Part shown: one piece after another, positions 1-13,299 of the stretch
How the letters are laid out: each line of letters opens with the position of its first letter
How positions within the stretch are numbered: the first letter of the stretch is position 1
Source: Heterodontus francisci
Lineage: Eukaryota
Direction: 5' to 3'
Assembly (NCBI RefSeq): GCF_036365525.1
Contig: NC_090404.1
Span: forward strand, 8,370,001-8,434,000
Length of the DNA stretch: 64,000 bases
The notes under the pieces: model-generated
Seen by the model: the letters and a program-made list of their open reading frames with translations, nothing else
Databases searched by the model: none
What the model was told of the DNA's origin: nothing
Translations under genes and position numbers: made by a program

Positions 1-423
1 TTCTGCGTAAACATGAATGTCACAGGGGATTCAAGTTAATGTTCTCGATGAGACATCACACAGCAGCATAAAATAAACAAACACACAGTAACGTGAGCAA
101 TTCAGCACCTTTGAATATAATCCCACAACTGAGCAATGTTGAAGCTATTCTCACAGCAAAGACTACACTCACTGTGTGACTGGCTCCTCAGTCCGATACT
201 TTATGCTGTGACCGTCAGTATCTCTGATCAAACTCGCTATCCAATGGGAATTATAGAGACAGACTTTGCAATAACACTGCCCGCGGCAGCGCCGCTCACA
301 GCCTCCGTTTGCTGCTCTCACTCTGACCCGCCTTGCCTGCCTTGTGTTATTGGAGAGATTGCTGCCGCGGTTCCGGAATTGTACAGGAGGAAGGTTTTTG
401 TGCAGTGACTGCCGCAGGGTGTG

Positions 424-1325
424 GCTCTGTCACGCAGTAATGCACCGCGGTATCCGCGCTCTCCATGTATCCAATGACCAATTGGCTGCGTTTGTCCGCT
501 GTAGAAAGATCCAGTTCAATGTGCCAGTCGACAATCGCGTTACTACTCCCTTCCGTCTCTGACCGGATTTCGGTTTGTACTGAAGGGGTTAAGTCGAAAC
601 AAGTTGAGTTTAAGAAAAGCACCTCAGCAGAATTTAACAGACAGGTTGAGAAAAGAAAGAAACATGCTGCTAAGGTAAAGGGCAGGATTAGGGAGAAAAG
701 GTTGGAGCCGGGGTCTCGAAGCCACTGTTTCCGTGGAATGTTGGTGTAAAGAGATAATAGGTATGGGTTGGAGCCATCTCGTGTGTTTATTGACAAGACT
801 GAGCGTGTGTGTTCATTGGAATGTGCAATCAATCACCATTGTTTTATGATCAATTATATAAATTATCCGTTGTTTGAACACATTGTATGATAAGAACAGT
901 GTATAAGTTTGTGCTCCTGAATGTAAAGACAGAGTATTACCTCGGAATACCCGAGGTGGTGTCTCTCCCTGCGTGCACTTGAATAAATCGATTGAACCTG
1001 TACCTGAGTCTCCTCGTGTGGAGATTGAGTTGTCTCACAACAGAAGCAATGCATGGTGTAAATGCTGGGCATGTCATAGCTGCAGGTTATCTTCACTACA
1101 TCCCCAGTCTATCGCCACTGAATCCCCACACTGGACTGTTTTAGCAGCGGGTGACTGGAACACTCAGTCCGATAGACATCGACCTGTAAAAGCATTTAGA
1201 TCATGAAACACAGTAGCAATGTGAATAAAACATAATCACAGCGGGTTATTGAGTTCAGCTCCGGTACCTACATGTTAGCAGCGCCAGAATTACGGGAATT
1301 GTTTCACTGGTACCGAGTAATACAT
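424..1325 (-). pseudogene. TCR V pseudogene split by an insertion
   Basis: Decayed leader ~1325-1272; 5' half (VFQSPAAKTVQ..VKITCSYD) ~1183-1043; 3' half (SQLVIGYMESADTAVHYCVTE) ~590-424; damaged RSS CACACCC-15-ACAAAAACC (423-393). Confidence 0.75.
739..1042 (+). mobile_element. Probable solo LTR
   Basis: TGTTG...CAACA termini, AATAAA at 982, interrupts a V exon; TSD imperfect (GGAA/GAAG). Confidence 0.6.
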
Positions 1326-1697
1326 CCTTGTAATTAAACTGTCAATAAGAAAATGGCATTCAGTTCACAGCAGAAGAAAACGAACTGAGTGAACACATTG
1401 ATCAGTCTGAATATAGAAGTCGCGACGTCCAGTTAAAGTCGCAGTCATGTGGGGCTGTTGCTCTTGGATTGGCTGGAGCTGGATATCTTTCACCTGACGT
1501 AAGGAGGTAATTTGTTGATCCGCTGCTCCCTTTGCCAGCGGTTCACATCCGGACCTGTCAGTTGTCCAATGATCAGTTTATTCCTCTCCTCCTTGTGGAG
1601 GGAATTGAGGGGAATCCCATCGTTTTGTGATAATGACTCTGTAAAGGGACAGAGCAGGCGCTGAGTGTTCGAATCCAGTAAATTCCTTTCCTTACCG

Positions 1698-1910
1698 AAT
1701 GAATAGAGCCTGTGGAACTGTACCGCACAAAGGAATCAACACATTCAGGAGATCTGAATAACCCGTTCCTTATAGGATAGATGGAGCCTGTGGAACTGTA
1801 TCTCGCAATGTAAACAACACATTCAGGACAGTCTGAATATCACTTTCCTGACATGATGGATGGGGCCTGTAGAACTTTGCCCAATATAAGAATCAACAGA
1901 TTCAGGACAG
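1698..1910. repeat. ~79-bp tandem repeat, ~3 copies
   Basis: Recurring GAGCCTGTGGAACTGTA...CAACACATTCAGGA. Confidence 0.8.
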
Positions 1911-4281
1911 AAAAGTAGATGTGTAGAGATTGTCTGATAGGAACCTGCAGCAGATATTGCATTGGAGCGCTCAGTCTTTGTCTCACAGTGCCTCACTGCA
2001 CAGTAATATACTCCAGTGTCTGATACCGCAGTGCTGCGAATACCGAGAATGTTATAACTTCTTGCTGTGTTAATAAATATTCTGAACGGCCCATCAGTGG
2101 TGTTACCGCTGATAGCAGATACGATTAATTTGGGGCCACGGTTCGGTACTTATCTGTCCCAGTGGATACTGTCCTGCCGTTGGTGGTTGCACGGCACTGG
2201 ATTTCAATTGATTGCCTCACTTGTACGAACATCTGCTATGGTTGGTGGATCTCAGCTACTCCGCCAATATCTGTCGATACATAACAAGACAGGGGAATGA
2301 GAAACGGGAAAACATGTTCTAACGGTGAAAGCTTTTCTGCACATTACACTCACCTAAAATCAAAAATGTTTTCTGCACAATACACTTACCTGATACCAAA
2401 AAGTAACAGTTGTAATTTCATTCATTGCGTTTTCCTGGTTTCTATGCTCGGTGGATCAGCATTAGAACTGGAAAATCGATTTAATTTGGGATGATTATGA
2501 TATGCAGTTGATGGTATTATTTTCTGCTAGGTATGAATGTAAGTATCTCATATTATTCACTGAGGGTCAGGGAACAATCCAATGCTGACGTGTATGTCTC
2601 ACTGACGAGCCCTCTGGTGGCCATATATCTCATTTCTTGAATTGAAACAGTAATACTGTCTGAGAACTGGTACAGAAACACCCTCCCTAACAGCACTGTG
2701 GGTGCACCCACACCACGTGGACTGCAGCAGTTCAAGTAGGCCGCTCACCACCACCTGTTCAAGGGTAATTAGGGATGGGTAATAAATGCGGGTCTTACCA
2801 GCGACACTAGAAGATTGGAAGAATGGCCTTCCTCATTCCCCAGTGCTTTGTGATCGAGTCATTGATTCGTCGCAGTGGGCCTGCAAACAGGATGAAGGCG
2901 CTCCCTCTGGTGGCGATGTGAGGTAAATGGCCCTCTGCCTGGGAGAGCCACCAGTTCTCAAATTACTGAAGGATGTCGTTGCATGATTATGTCACGTTCT
3001 ACGTGTTATTATTATAAAAATGTCATAACGGTGTAATATTGCTCGTTTTAAAGATGTAGTCACAGAGAACATTAATCACCATGGCACATGAAAAAGGGTG
3101 TAAGCGTGACCCATGATTCGCGCTGTTACTGTGGGATTTTAATGCAAATGCTGCAACTTTAAACTAGCCTCTGAGTTGTGGTTATTATCTTTTTTCTATT
3201 ATAACTGATACTATTTATGGTGTAATTCATGTGGGAAACTCCTTGAACCGAGAGTCTGGAAAATATTTTATTTTCTACACTCTGCACTTTCATAGAACAC
3301 GGCGGAAATGGACAGACTGAGAAAGTGATAGAGAGAGAGAGATCTGCAGAGACAGAGAGAGTTACGATAAAGACATTGAAATCACGTTCCACATGGGCAG
3401 GGATTTCAGGGGAGTAATCGACAACACCAATCAGGTGCTTAACATCGAACCAACAAAGACACAAGTAAAAGGGAGTCCTGATCGAAACGTACAAAGTTCT
3501 GGTCGGACACGCGATGGGCGCTGTGATTAGTTCTGGCCGCAAAGTAGCAATGGAGACATTCAAGCATGGGGGCACTGCAGAACTAATCCAGGAGGCTGAC
3601 TCTTCAGCTTGAATGGTCTGAGTTGATTGGAAAAAACTAAAACATTCTTTGAGAAGTTATATCAACTGATTGTTGGTCAGACAGAGAGTGATGGGCAGTT
3701 GGAATGGCCTCCACGCAAAGTGACAGAGTCCAAAACCATGAAATTACCTTTGTAACTAAAGGAAATTGTAGGGGCGTGTGGTTTGCTGGAAGGAAATAAG
3801 ATGGGACGAACGGCCTTCCTCATCTGCCAGTGCCTTGTGACCCATAAGATTGATTTACAGAAATGAAAACGCAAACACAATGAGTGCGCTCCCTCTAGTG
3901 GCAATTTGAGGTAAATTGCGTTCTCAGACTTTCTGCAGTTTATCTAAAAGAATTCAACACCATCTTATGTGTGTTTATCTACAGTGTTTACCTGTCTGTA
4001 TGTGTGTGTGTCTGCCTGTCTGTGCGTTTAATCGTGCCTGTCTCCGTCTGTGTGGATTTCCAATGCTCTATGTGGGGCTTGTACCTGAGGGCGCTCTTTG
4101 ATCACGTGATAAAGGTCACGATCCCCAGCTACAGGAAGTGGCTGCTCAGGAGATACAAATAGGCTTGCAGAAGAAATCTCAGCCAACCTGATGAAATCCC
4201 TGGGCTATTTGAGGTTTTCTCATTCCAGGTTCTTTAAAGGTATGGATCACCGTCTCTGTATCAGGAGTTCAGACGAGAACC

Positions 4282-4756
4282 ATGGAGGTGAAACTCTGCC
4301 TGGTTTTGGTTACTGTCCTGATCACAGGTCAGTGATATTGGGACCTTCCAACACTACTTCCTGATCCTTATACAATTTCCCATCTCCATCACCGGATGCC
4401 TATTCTCTTTCTATTACTTCATCTAACCCTCTGTGTGTCCACTGTTTATTTCAAGAGATGAGTAAGGGAGACGGTGTCTCAGTCAGAACAAGGAGTCGGA
4501 TCAGAAAGGAGTGCAAATGTAGCAATAAACTGCAGTTACGCTATATCAGGTTCAGCTGCAAGCTATTAACTGTTCCGTATTACCAATAGCAAACCCCTCA
4601 ACATATGCGCAGAGCCATTGGTTATGGGGAAAATGATAGGGCTCCCGACTTTGAACATTTCAGTGGGAAACTCAATCGAAGACAAGATACTTTTCACTTG
4701 TCCATGGAAGAATTGAAGATCACAGACAGCGCTCTGTATTACTGTATTCCGAGACA
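4282..4756 (+). pseudogene. TCR V pseudogene; leader 4282-4327, V exon ~4456-4756
   Basis: Leader MEVKLCLVLVTVLIT; VSQSE..VAINCSY, then TAA and frameshifts, ..LKITDSALYYC; CACAGTC-13-ACAAAAACA (4757-4785). Confidence 0.85.
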
Positions 4757-6480
4757 CACAGTCCCAGGGGTCGAATACAAAAACATGGCACATCTCGGTA
4801 ACTGGAGGGGTGGGGGCGTGAGCTGGGGATGGGAGTGGGGCTTGCTGCAGCTCAAGAAAATACCAGTGTTTGACTCTCAAAGAGATTTCCCAGAAAATGA
4901 ATGGGCAAGTGCAACCTGATCAATCGGGTTTCTCCAGCTGTAGTCACTGCTGTCAGTCCTGGGATCAGTGAAATTCCTCAAACATTTTAAGTTAGGATCA
5001 ACTTCAGACATTTCCTTCCCCAGTGTGAGCACAGACCTTCAAATTTCTGGGATAATTAATCGAATCAATTTCTGCAGGTAAATGTCCTGGGTGTGGTGTA
5101 TATCCGTCAGGTCAAATCTCACCAGAACAGGTTGATGTCCACTAAATCATGTCCCACATGGTCTTTAGGCTGTCACAAGTAATGGCTGTGGCAGCGATAA
5201 CGAAGATTGAGACTGATTTCTATTATTATCTGCTTCACATGTCACTGAGGGAGAGAGGGGGAATATAGAGAGTTAGGGAGGGAAAAAGGCAGCGAGTTAA
5301 AAAGACAGGGCGAGGTCGAGTTGCAAAGAGAGACACGAAAGTGAGACAGAGAGAGAGAGAGAGAGTTGGAGACAGAAATACGCCGAGTTTAACAAAGTGA
5401 TTGAGACCTAGATAGACAGAGAGAGAGAGAGAGAGTCACTCGCAGCGCGGCAAGGAAAGGGTTTGATGGGAGATAAGTATAATTAGTCCATAGCTCTCAC
5501 TGATTGGCGCACATCTGTTGTCAGTTCTGAGAGAGCAGCCAATCCTAAAATGAGGAACGCCCCGCATAGAGTCACAGAGTGATAGAGTTAGACAGCACAG
5601 AAACAGGCCCTTCGGCCCATCGTGTCAAGTGCCAGCCATCAAGCACCTATCTATTTTCATCCCATTTTCCAGCACTTGGCCCGTAGCCTTGTATTCGATG
5701 GCGTTTCAAGTGCTCATCTAAATACTTCTTAAACGTTGTGAGGGTTCCTGCCTCTACCACCCCTTCCAGCAGTGCGTTCCAGATTCCAAACACCCTCTGG
5801 GTGAAGTTTTTCCCCCTCAAATCCACTGTAAACCTCCTGCATCTGCCCTTAAATGTATGCCCCCTAGTTATTGAACCCTCTGCAAAGGGAAATTTCTTCC
5901 TATCAATGCCCCTCATAATTTTGTATACCTCAATCATTTCTCCCCTCAGCCTTCTCTGCGCTAAGGAAAGCAACACCAGCCATTTCAGTCCCTCTTCATA
6001 GCTAAACACTCCAGCCCAGGAATATCCTCTGCACCCTCTCCAGTGCAATCACATCCTTCCTATAGTGTGGTGCCCAGAACTGTACACAGTACTCCAGCTG
6101 TGGCCTAACTAGCGTTTTATACAGCTCCATCATAACCTCCCTGCTCTTATATTCTGTGCCTCGGCTAACAAAGGCAAGTATCCCATATGCTTTCCAAACC
6201 ACCTTATCTATCTGTGCTGCTGCCTTCAGTGATCTATGGACAAGTACACCAAGGTCCCTCTGACCCTCTGTACTTCCTAGGTTCCTACTATCCATTGTAT
6301 ATCCCCTTGCCTTGTTAGTCCTCCCAATATGCATCACCTCACACTTCTCAGGATTAAATTCCATTTGCCACAGCTCCGCCCATCTTACCAGCCCATCGAT
6401 ATCGTCCTGTAATCTAAGGCTTTCTTCCTCACTATTTATGACACCACCAATTTTCGTGTCATCTGCGAACTTACTGATCA

Positions 6481-9020
6481 GAGTGGTCCTAAAGGAATAC
6501 TGGTAAATTGGGGGAAGGCCAACTATACCAAAATTCGGCAGGAGCTGGGGAATGTAGATTGGGAGCAGCTGTTTGAAGATGAATCCACATGTGATATGTG
6601 GGAGGCTTTTAAAGAGAGGTTGATTAGCGTGCAGGACAGACATGTTCCTGTGAAAATGATGGATAGAAATGGCAAGATTAGGGAACCATGGATGACAGGT
6701 GAAATTGTGAGACTAGCTAAGAGGAAAAAGAAAGCATACATAAGGTCTAGGCGGCTGAAGAAAGCCGAAGCTTTGAACGAATATCGGGATTGTAGGCGCA
6801 ATCTGAAACGAGGAATTAAGAGCGCTAAAAGGGGTCATGAAATATCTTTAGCAAACAGGGTTAAGGAAAATCCCAAAGCCTTTTATTCATATATAAGGAG
6901 CAAGAGGGTAACTAGAGAAAGGATTGGCCCACTCAAGGACAAAGGAGGAAAGTTATGCATGGAGTCAGAGAAAATGGGTTAGATTCTAAACGAGTACTTT
7001 GCATCGGTATTCACCGAGGAGAGGGAACTGACGGATGTTGAGGTTAGGGACAGATGTTTGATTGCTCTAGGTCAAGTCGGCATAAGGAGGGAGGATGTGT
7101 TGGGTATTCTAAAAGGCATTAAGGTGGACAAGTCCCCAGGTCCGGATGGGATCTATCCCAGGTTACTGTGGGAAGCGAGAGAAGAAATAGCTGGGGCCTT
7201 AACAGATATCTTTGCAACATCCTTAAACACGGGTGAGGTCCCAGAGGACTGGAGAATTGCTAATGTTGTCCCCTTGTTTAAGAAGGGTAGCAGGGATAAT
7301 CCAGGTAATTATAGACCGGTGAGCCTGACGTCAGTGGTAGGGAAGCTGCTGGGGAAGATACTGAGGGATAGGATCTATTCCCATTTGGAAGAAAATGGGC
7401 TCATCAGTGATAGGCAACATGGTTTTGTGCAGGGAAGGTCATGTCTTACCAACTTAATAGAATTCTTTGAGGAAGTGACAAAGTTGATTGATGAGGGAAG
7501 GGCTGTAGATGTCATATACATGGACTTCAGTAAGGCGTTTGATAAGGTTCCCCATGGTAGGCTGATGGAGAAAGTTTTAGTTTTTAGTTTTAGAGATACA
7601 GCACTGAAACAGGCCCTTCGGCCCACCGAGTCTGTGCCGACCATCAATCACCCATTTATACTAATCCTACACTAATTCCATATTCCTACCACATCCCCAC
7701 CTGTCCCTATATTTCCCTACCACCTACCTATACCAGGGGCAATTGCTAATGGCCAATTTACCTATCAACGTGCAAGTCTTTGGCATGTGGGAGGCAACCA
7801 GAGCACCCGGAGGAAACCCACGCAGACACAGGGAGAACTTGCAAACTCCACACAGGCAATACCCAGAATTGAACCCGGGTCGCTGGAGCTGTGAGGCTGC
7901 ATGAGGTCCAAAGTGTACTAGCTAGATGGATAAAGAACTGGCTGGGCAACAGGAGACAGAGAGTAGCAGTGGAAGGGAGTTTCTCAAAATGGAGACGTGT
8001 AACCAGTGGTGTTCCACAGGGATCCGTGCTGGGACCACTGTTGTTTGTGATATACATAAATGATTTGGAGGAAAGTATAGGTGGTCTGATTAGCAAGTTT
8101 GCAGACGACACTAAGATTGGTGGAGTTGCAGATAGTGAAGGGGACTGTCAGAGAATACAGCAGAATATAGATAGATTGGAGAGTTGGGCAGAGAAATGGC
8201 AGATGGAGTTCAATCAGGGCAAATGCGAGGTGATGCATTTTGGAAGATCCAATTCAAGAGTGAACTATACAGTAAATGGAAAAGTCCTGGAGAAAATTGA
8301 TGTACAGAGAGATTTGGGTGTTCAGGTCCATTGTTCCCGGAAAGTGGCAACGCAGGTCAATAGAGTGGTCAAGAAGGCATACGGCATGATTTCCTTCATC
8401 GGACGGGGCATTGAGTACAAGAGTTGGCAGGTCATGTTACAGTTGTATAGGACTTTGGTTCGGCCACATTTGGAATACTGCGTGCAGTTCTGGTCGCCAC
8501 ATTACCAAAAGGATGTAGATGCTTTGGAGAGGGTGCAGAGGAGGTTCACCAGGATGTTGCCTGGTATGGAGGGCGCTAGCTATGAAGAGAGGTTGAGTAG
8601 ATTAGGAATATTTTCATTAGAAAGATGGAGGTTGAGGGGGGACCTGATTGAGGTGTACAAAATCATGAGAGGTATAGACAGGTTGGATAGCAAGAAGCTT
8701 TTTCCCAGAGTGGGGGATTCAATTACTAGGGGACACGAGTTCAAAGTGAAAGGGGAAAAGTTTAGGGGGGATATGCGTGGAAAGTTCTTTATGCAGAGGG
8801 TGGTGGGTGCCTGGAACGCGTTGCCAGTGGAGGTGGTAGACGCGGGCACGATAGCATCTTTTAAGATGTATCTAGACAGATACATGAATGGGCAGGAAGT
8901 AAAGAGATACAGACCCTTAGGAAATAGGCGACAGGTTTAGATAGAGGATCTAGATCAGCGTAGGCTTGGAGGGCCGAAGGGCCTGTTCCTGTTCTGCAAT
9001 TTTCTTTGTTCTTTGTTCTT
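6481..9020 (+). mobile_element. 5'-truncated CR1 LINE nested in CR1, TSD TGATCA
   Basis: ORF2 fragments 7058-7575 and 7900-8940; (TTTGTTC)n tail; TGATCA at 6475-6480 and 9021-9026. Confidence 0.92.
7575..7899 (-). mobile_element. tRNA-derived SINE (HE1-like), slightly 5'-truncated, inserted in the nested CR1
   Basis: Matches 47726-48070; B-box GGTTCAATTC; CR1-like 3' tail ending (CTAAA)n. Confidence 0.85.
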
Positions 9021-10282
9021 TGATCATACCTCCTATATTCACGTCTAAATTCATTAATGTACACTACAAACAGCAAGGGTCCCAACACTGATCCCTGTGG
9101 TACACCACTGGGCAAAGGCTTCCCCTCGCAAAAACAACCCTCGACCATTACCCTCTGCCTCCTGCCACTAAGCCAATTTTGTATCCAATTTGCCAAATTG
9201 CCCTGGATCGCATGGGCTGTTACCTTCTTAACCAATCTCCCATGCAGACCTTATCAAAAGCCTTACTGAAGTCCATATAGACTACATCAACTGCTTTACT
9301 CTCATCTACACACCTAGTCATCTCCTCAAAAAATTCAATCAAGTTAGTCATATATGATCTCCCTCTGACAAAGCCATGCTGACTATCCCTGATTAATCCC
9401 TGCCTCTCCAAGTGGAGATTAATCCTGTCCCTCAGAATCTTTTTCCAATAATTTCCCAACCACTGATGTTAGACTCACCGGCCTGTAATTACCTTGTTTA
9501 TCATTGCTACCCTTCTTAAATAATGGTACCACATTCGCTGTCCTCCAATCCTCTGGTAACTGTCCTGTGGCCAGAGAGGATTTGAAAATTGGTATCAGAG
9601 CCCCTGTAATCTCCTCGCCTGCCTCACATAACAGCCTGGGATACATCTCATCTGGACATGGGGATTTATCCACTTTTAAGCCCGCTAAAACAGCTAATAT
9701 TTCCTCCCTTTCAATGCTAATGTGTTCAAGTATATCACAATTCCCCCCCTGATCTCTACACCTATATTGTCCTTTTCTATAGTGAACACGGATGAAAAGT
9801 AATCATTTAAAACCTCACCTATGTCCTTCGGCTCCACACACAGATTGCCACTTTGGTCCCTTTTGGGCCCTACTCTTTCCCTGTTTATCCTCTTGCCCTT
9901 AATATACTTATAAAATACTTGGCATTTTCCTTTATCTTGCCTGCCAGTGTTTTTTTCATGTCCCCTCTTCGCTGTCCTAATTACTTTTGTAAGTAACCCC
10001 CTACACTTTCTATGCTCCTCTAGTGCCTCCACTGTTTTCAGCGCTCTGAATCTGCCATGAGCCTCCTTTTTTTTCTGATCCAATCCTCTATATCCCTTGA
10101 CATCCAGGGTTCCCTAGTCTTGTTGGTCCTACCCTTCACCTTAATGGGTACATGTTGGCTCTGAATATTCTCACAATAAGTGAAATCACCCCCGATCTGA
10201 GTTTACTGTTTAATACCAGACTAGAAGGGTTAACAAATGTAAAACGTTCTGTTCCTTCCTGTCGAAATCTAAACCAGAAACC

Positions 10283-11271
10283 ATGTGCTCGCTATGTTCC
10301 TTACTGATAATAATGGTCATTCTGCTCTGTGATTCTGTGATTAAATGGTCAGTGTGCGTTCCATGGGTTATATTTACTTCCACAATCTTGACACCTTTTG
10401 TTTATGCTGCAGGAATGAGGGGCAAAGACTCAGTGTCCCAGGATCCGCCTGAATGAACATTTCGAAAGTATTGTGTGCAGTTTTGGTCCCCTCACCGTGG
10501 GAAGAATATTATTGCCATAGAGGAAGAGCAACGAAGGTTCACCAGACTTGTTGCCGGGATGGCGGGACTGTCCTGTGAAGAGAGATTGGGGAAACTGGGC
10601 CTGTATTCTCTAGCCTTTTGAAGAATGAGAGGTGATCTAATGGAAACCTACAAAATACTTAAAGGGATAGACAGGGTAGATGCAAGTAAAATGTTTCCTC
10701 TGGTTGAGGAGTCTAGAACCAGGGGCACAATTTCAAAATAAGTGGGAAGCCACTTAGGACTGAGATGAGGAGAAATTTCATTACTCGGAGGGTTGTGAAT
10801 CTTTGGAATTCTCTACCCCAGAAGGCTATGGAAATTCAGTAATTGAGGATGTTTAAAACAGAGATTGACAGATTTCTAAGTACAAATGACATAAGGGGAT
10901 ATGAGGATAGTGTGGGAAAAAGGCATTGAAGTGGACGATCAGCCATGATCGTATTGAATAGGGGAGCAGGTTTGATGGGCTGAATGGCCTACTCCTGGTC
11001 CTATGTCCCTGAAAAGGACAGACCATAATACTTAACTACAGTTGCTCCACAACCATCAACATTCCCTACCTCTACGGGTACATCCAGTATCAAGGGGAAG
11101 CTCCGAGATGTTTACTGAGGAAATAAAGGGGAAGGGGGAAAGGGGATAAGTCTCCAGATTTTCCAGATCGATTCTCTGCTGATTTGGACAAAGAAAAGAG
11201 AACGGTTCCTTCAACAGTCACCGGAGTTCTTCTCTCTGATTCTGTCGTGTATCACTACGCGCTAAGCCCTG
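10283..11271 (+). pseudogene. TCR V pseudogene interrupted by a CR1 3' fragment
   Basis: Leader-like ATG at 10283; exon starts KDSVSQDP at 10413 and resumes ~11011 (GQTIILNY..RFSADLDKEKRTV..LSDSVVYHYAL); decayed 23-RSS 11272-11310. Confidence 0.8.
10455..11010 (+). mobile_element. CR1 3' fragment inside a V exon
   Basis: YCVQFWSP..MRGDL..RVVNLWNSLP and CR1 3' tail. Confidence 0.85.
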
Positions 11272-11884
11272 CACTGTTACAGAGACCCAGCCAGTCCGTA
11301 AAAAAAAAACTGGCAAAGGACCTTCACCTGCTTTCACTGAATCAGAACTGGGACCTGGCTTGTTAACAGATAATGGAACGGAAAACCGAACTAAAGAGCA
11401 GTTTGGCTGAATGTCGCATTTCTGTGTTGCAGACGCTATGTAATTCCATATAATATCCCTCTTAATATGGGCTGTGAGTGGTTCCAATGGTCAGCGAGCA
11501 GCTCAAGAATAGGAGCCTCCGGCATTGATTGCAGAACCACATTAACTATTTCCCGTCACTGTTCCACCTCACACACCGTCCCTGTTAACAGCCAACATTG
11601 GATTTAATCTTGGCCCAGTTCCCTGTTGTCGGGAGAACAATTTCACTCATTTCCTGCTCCCCCCCCTCTGACGTAATGAATTGGAGAACAAAGGACCTGT
11701 GAGCTGATTGGATGAATTGAAGAATAAAAGGCTGTGAGCTGATTGGGCGGCACCAGTAGACTCTTTCAGGAATGAACCAATCGGTAGAGAGACCGGAAGG
11801 TAATGAACATCTTCCCAACTCTTGACTGAAACAATTACAGATTCAACCCGTTCTGTTCAAATCCGCCATCAACTCTCCGCAAAC

Positions 11885-12395
11885 ATGTTTGTTATTACTT
11901 TGTATGGATTCCTCACAGCTGCAGCTCTTTTAACTGGTAAAGTTTACAAGTTATACAATCTTCCTCTTACATCATTGACATTCTTTTAGTTGCACTTTTG
12001 TTTCCCTACTTACAATGTGTTCCGGCCGCTGATGATATTAGTTAGAAAAAAGTGACAATAAAAGTTCTGTATTTCTAAATTTCTGCAGGCGTTACTGGTG
12101 CAGACTCGGTCTCACAGGGGCCGGTTACAGCGATGCAGTTTGAAGGAGACTCGGTGACCATTAATTACAGCTATTCGGCCACGGATACTTCCTATTCCTT
12201 ACAACTGTACCGTCAGGACCGGGATAAAGCCCCCACATTCCTCATCTACATCCATAACTACGGAAAGGTTTTCAGAGCAGAGGGCGTGGGCAATCGATTT
12301 TCTGCATCTCTCGACACTTCGAAAAGGGAGGGGAATTTCACCATCCGCGACCTGCGGCTGTCTGACAGCGCGATGTATTACTGCGGGCTGAGAGA
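11885..12395 (+). CDS. TCR alpha/delta V segment, open but non-canonical (C23Y, W41L); leader 11885-11936, V exon 12089-12395
   Basis: Leader MFVITLYGFLTAAALLTG, GT/AG intact; ADSVSQGPVTAMQFEGDSVTINYSYS...LQLYRQ...LRLSDSAMYYCGLR; RSS CACAGTG-23-ACAAAAACA (12396-12434). Confidence 0.88.
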
Positions 12396-12799
12396 CACAG
12401 TGACAGGAACCAGAGGCAGCCTCGTACAAAAACACTGCCTCGATGTGGTCAGGTGAACGAAGCAGCAAACAGTGTGGGTGAAAGGCGGAATGTCAGTATT
12501 TATCACAGGAGAATGTTAGTGTAAAAGCAGACAAACCAACAGCTATGCAACTAACAAAACAGCACAGGATTAATGTTTATTATTAATATCATTAATCTTG
12601 AAGTTAATCTCATCATAAGATGTCTGATTGGATTGGTCTTCCTCTCTGTTCATTTCCTTGGCACCTTAAATTTCAACCTTAGTCAAACAAATATAAAATG
12701 TTTCCTCATTCTGTGCCAGAGTCGCAGCCAGACCTGGCGCATCAGTTGGCTGGAAATGAACTGAAAGGAGGGACCACTTAACAGATAATAGAGGAAAAA

Positions 12800-12950
12800 C
12801 CTTCAAAACAGTGAAGTCTCCTCTGAACTATGAGGCTGTGAGACTCAGGTGCTAAACTGTGGCGGACTCTCGGAGTGCTGACTGTACCAGTTGAGAATAT
12901 TTACTGAGAAGTGATATAATGATGAGGAGCGGTGCGAGACGATCCCGCGT
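12800..12950 (-). pseudogene. V relic of the 42-kb family: leader (ATG->ACG) fused by deletion to FR2
   Basis: Leader RDRLAPLLIIISLL + GTAA directly followed by NWYSQHSESPPQF; family-specific 5' flank at 12950-13270. Confidence 0.65.
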
Positions 12951-13299
12951 GATGCCCCCTGAGTCTGGAACTCCGCAGTGCGGCAGCTCTGTCCGAGCAG
13001 AAATACAGACCCCCACACCACTGCACTACTGATCCAACCAATACCAAACAGGGAACCAGCAGCAGCAATCTCTCCAGTAACACAGGGCAGGCAAGGCGGG
13101 TCAGAGTGAGAACCACAAACGCAAGCTGTGGGCGGGGCTACCGCAGAAACAAATGGAGTGAATTGAAAACTCTGTGTAAGGACAGAAGGTGCGCGGCGCC
13201 GCTCAGCTGCTCTGGGAGCTGATGGAGCGGAAATAGCTATGGTTCAAATCTCCAGATGCCTCTGGATAAACTGCTACTGCTCACTGATCAAGTGACTGC

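Larger units (their letters stand above)
5566..10165 (-). mobile_element. CR1 LINE (5566-6480 + 9021-10165), split by a nested CR1
   Basis: RT motifs KSPCPDEMYPR, QHGF, YMDFSKAFDK, GVPQGSVLGP, SKFADDTK, RPQLEYC; reading is continuous across the TGATCA duplication. Confidence 0.9.
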
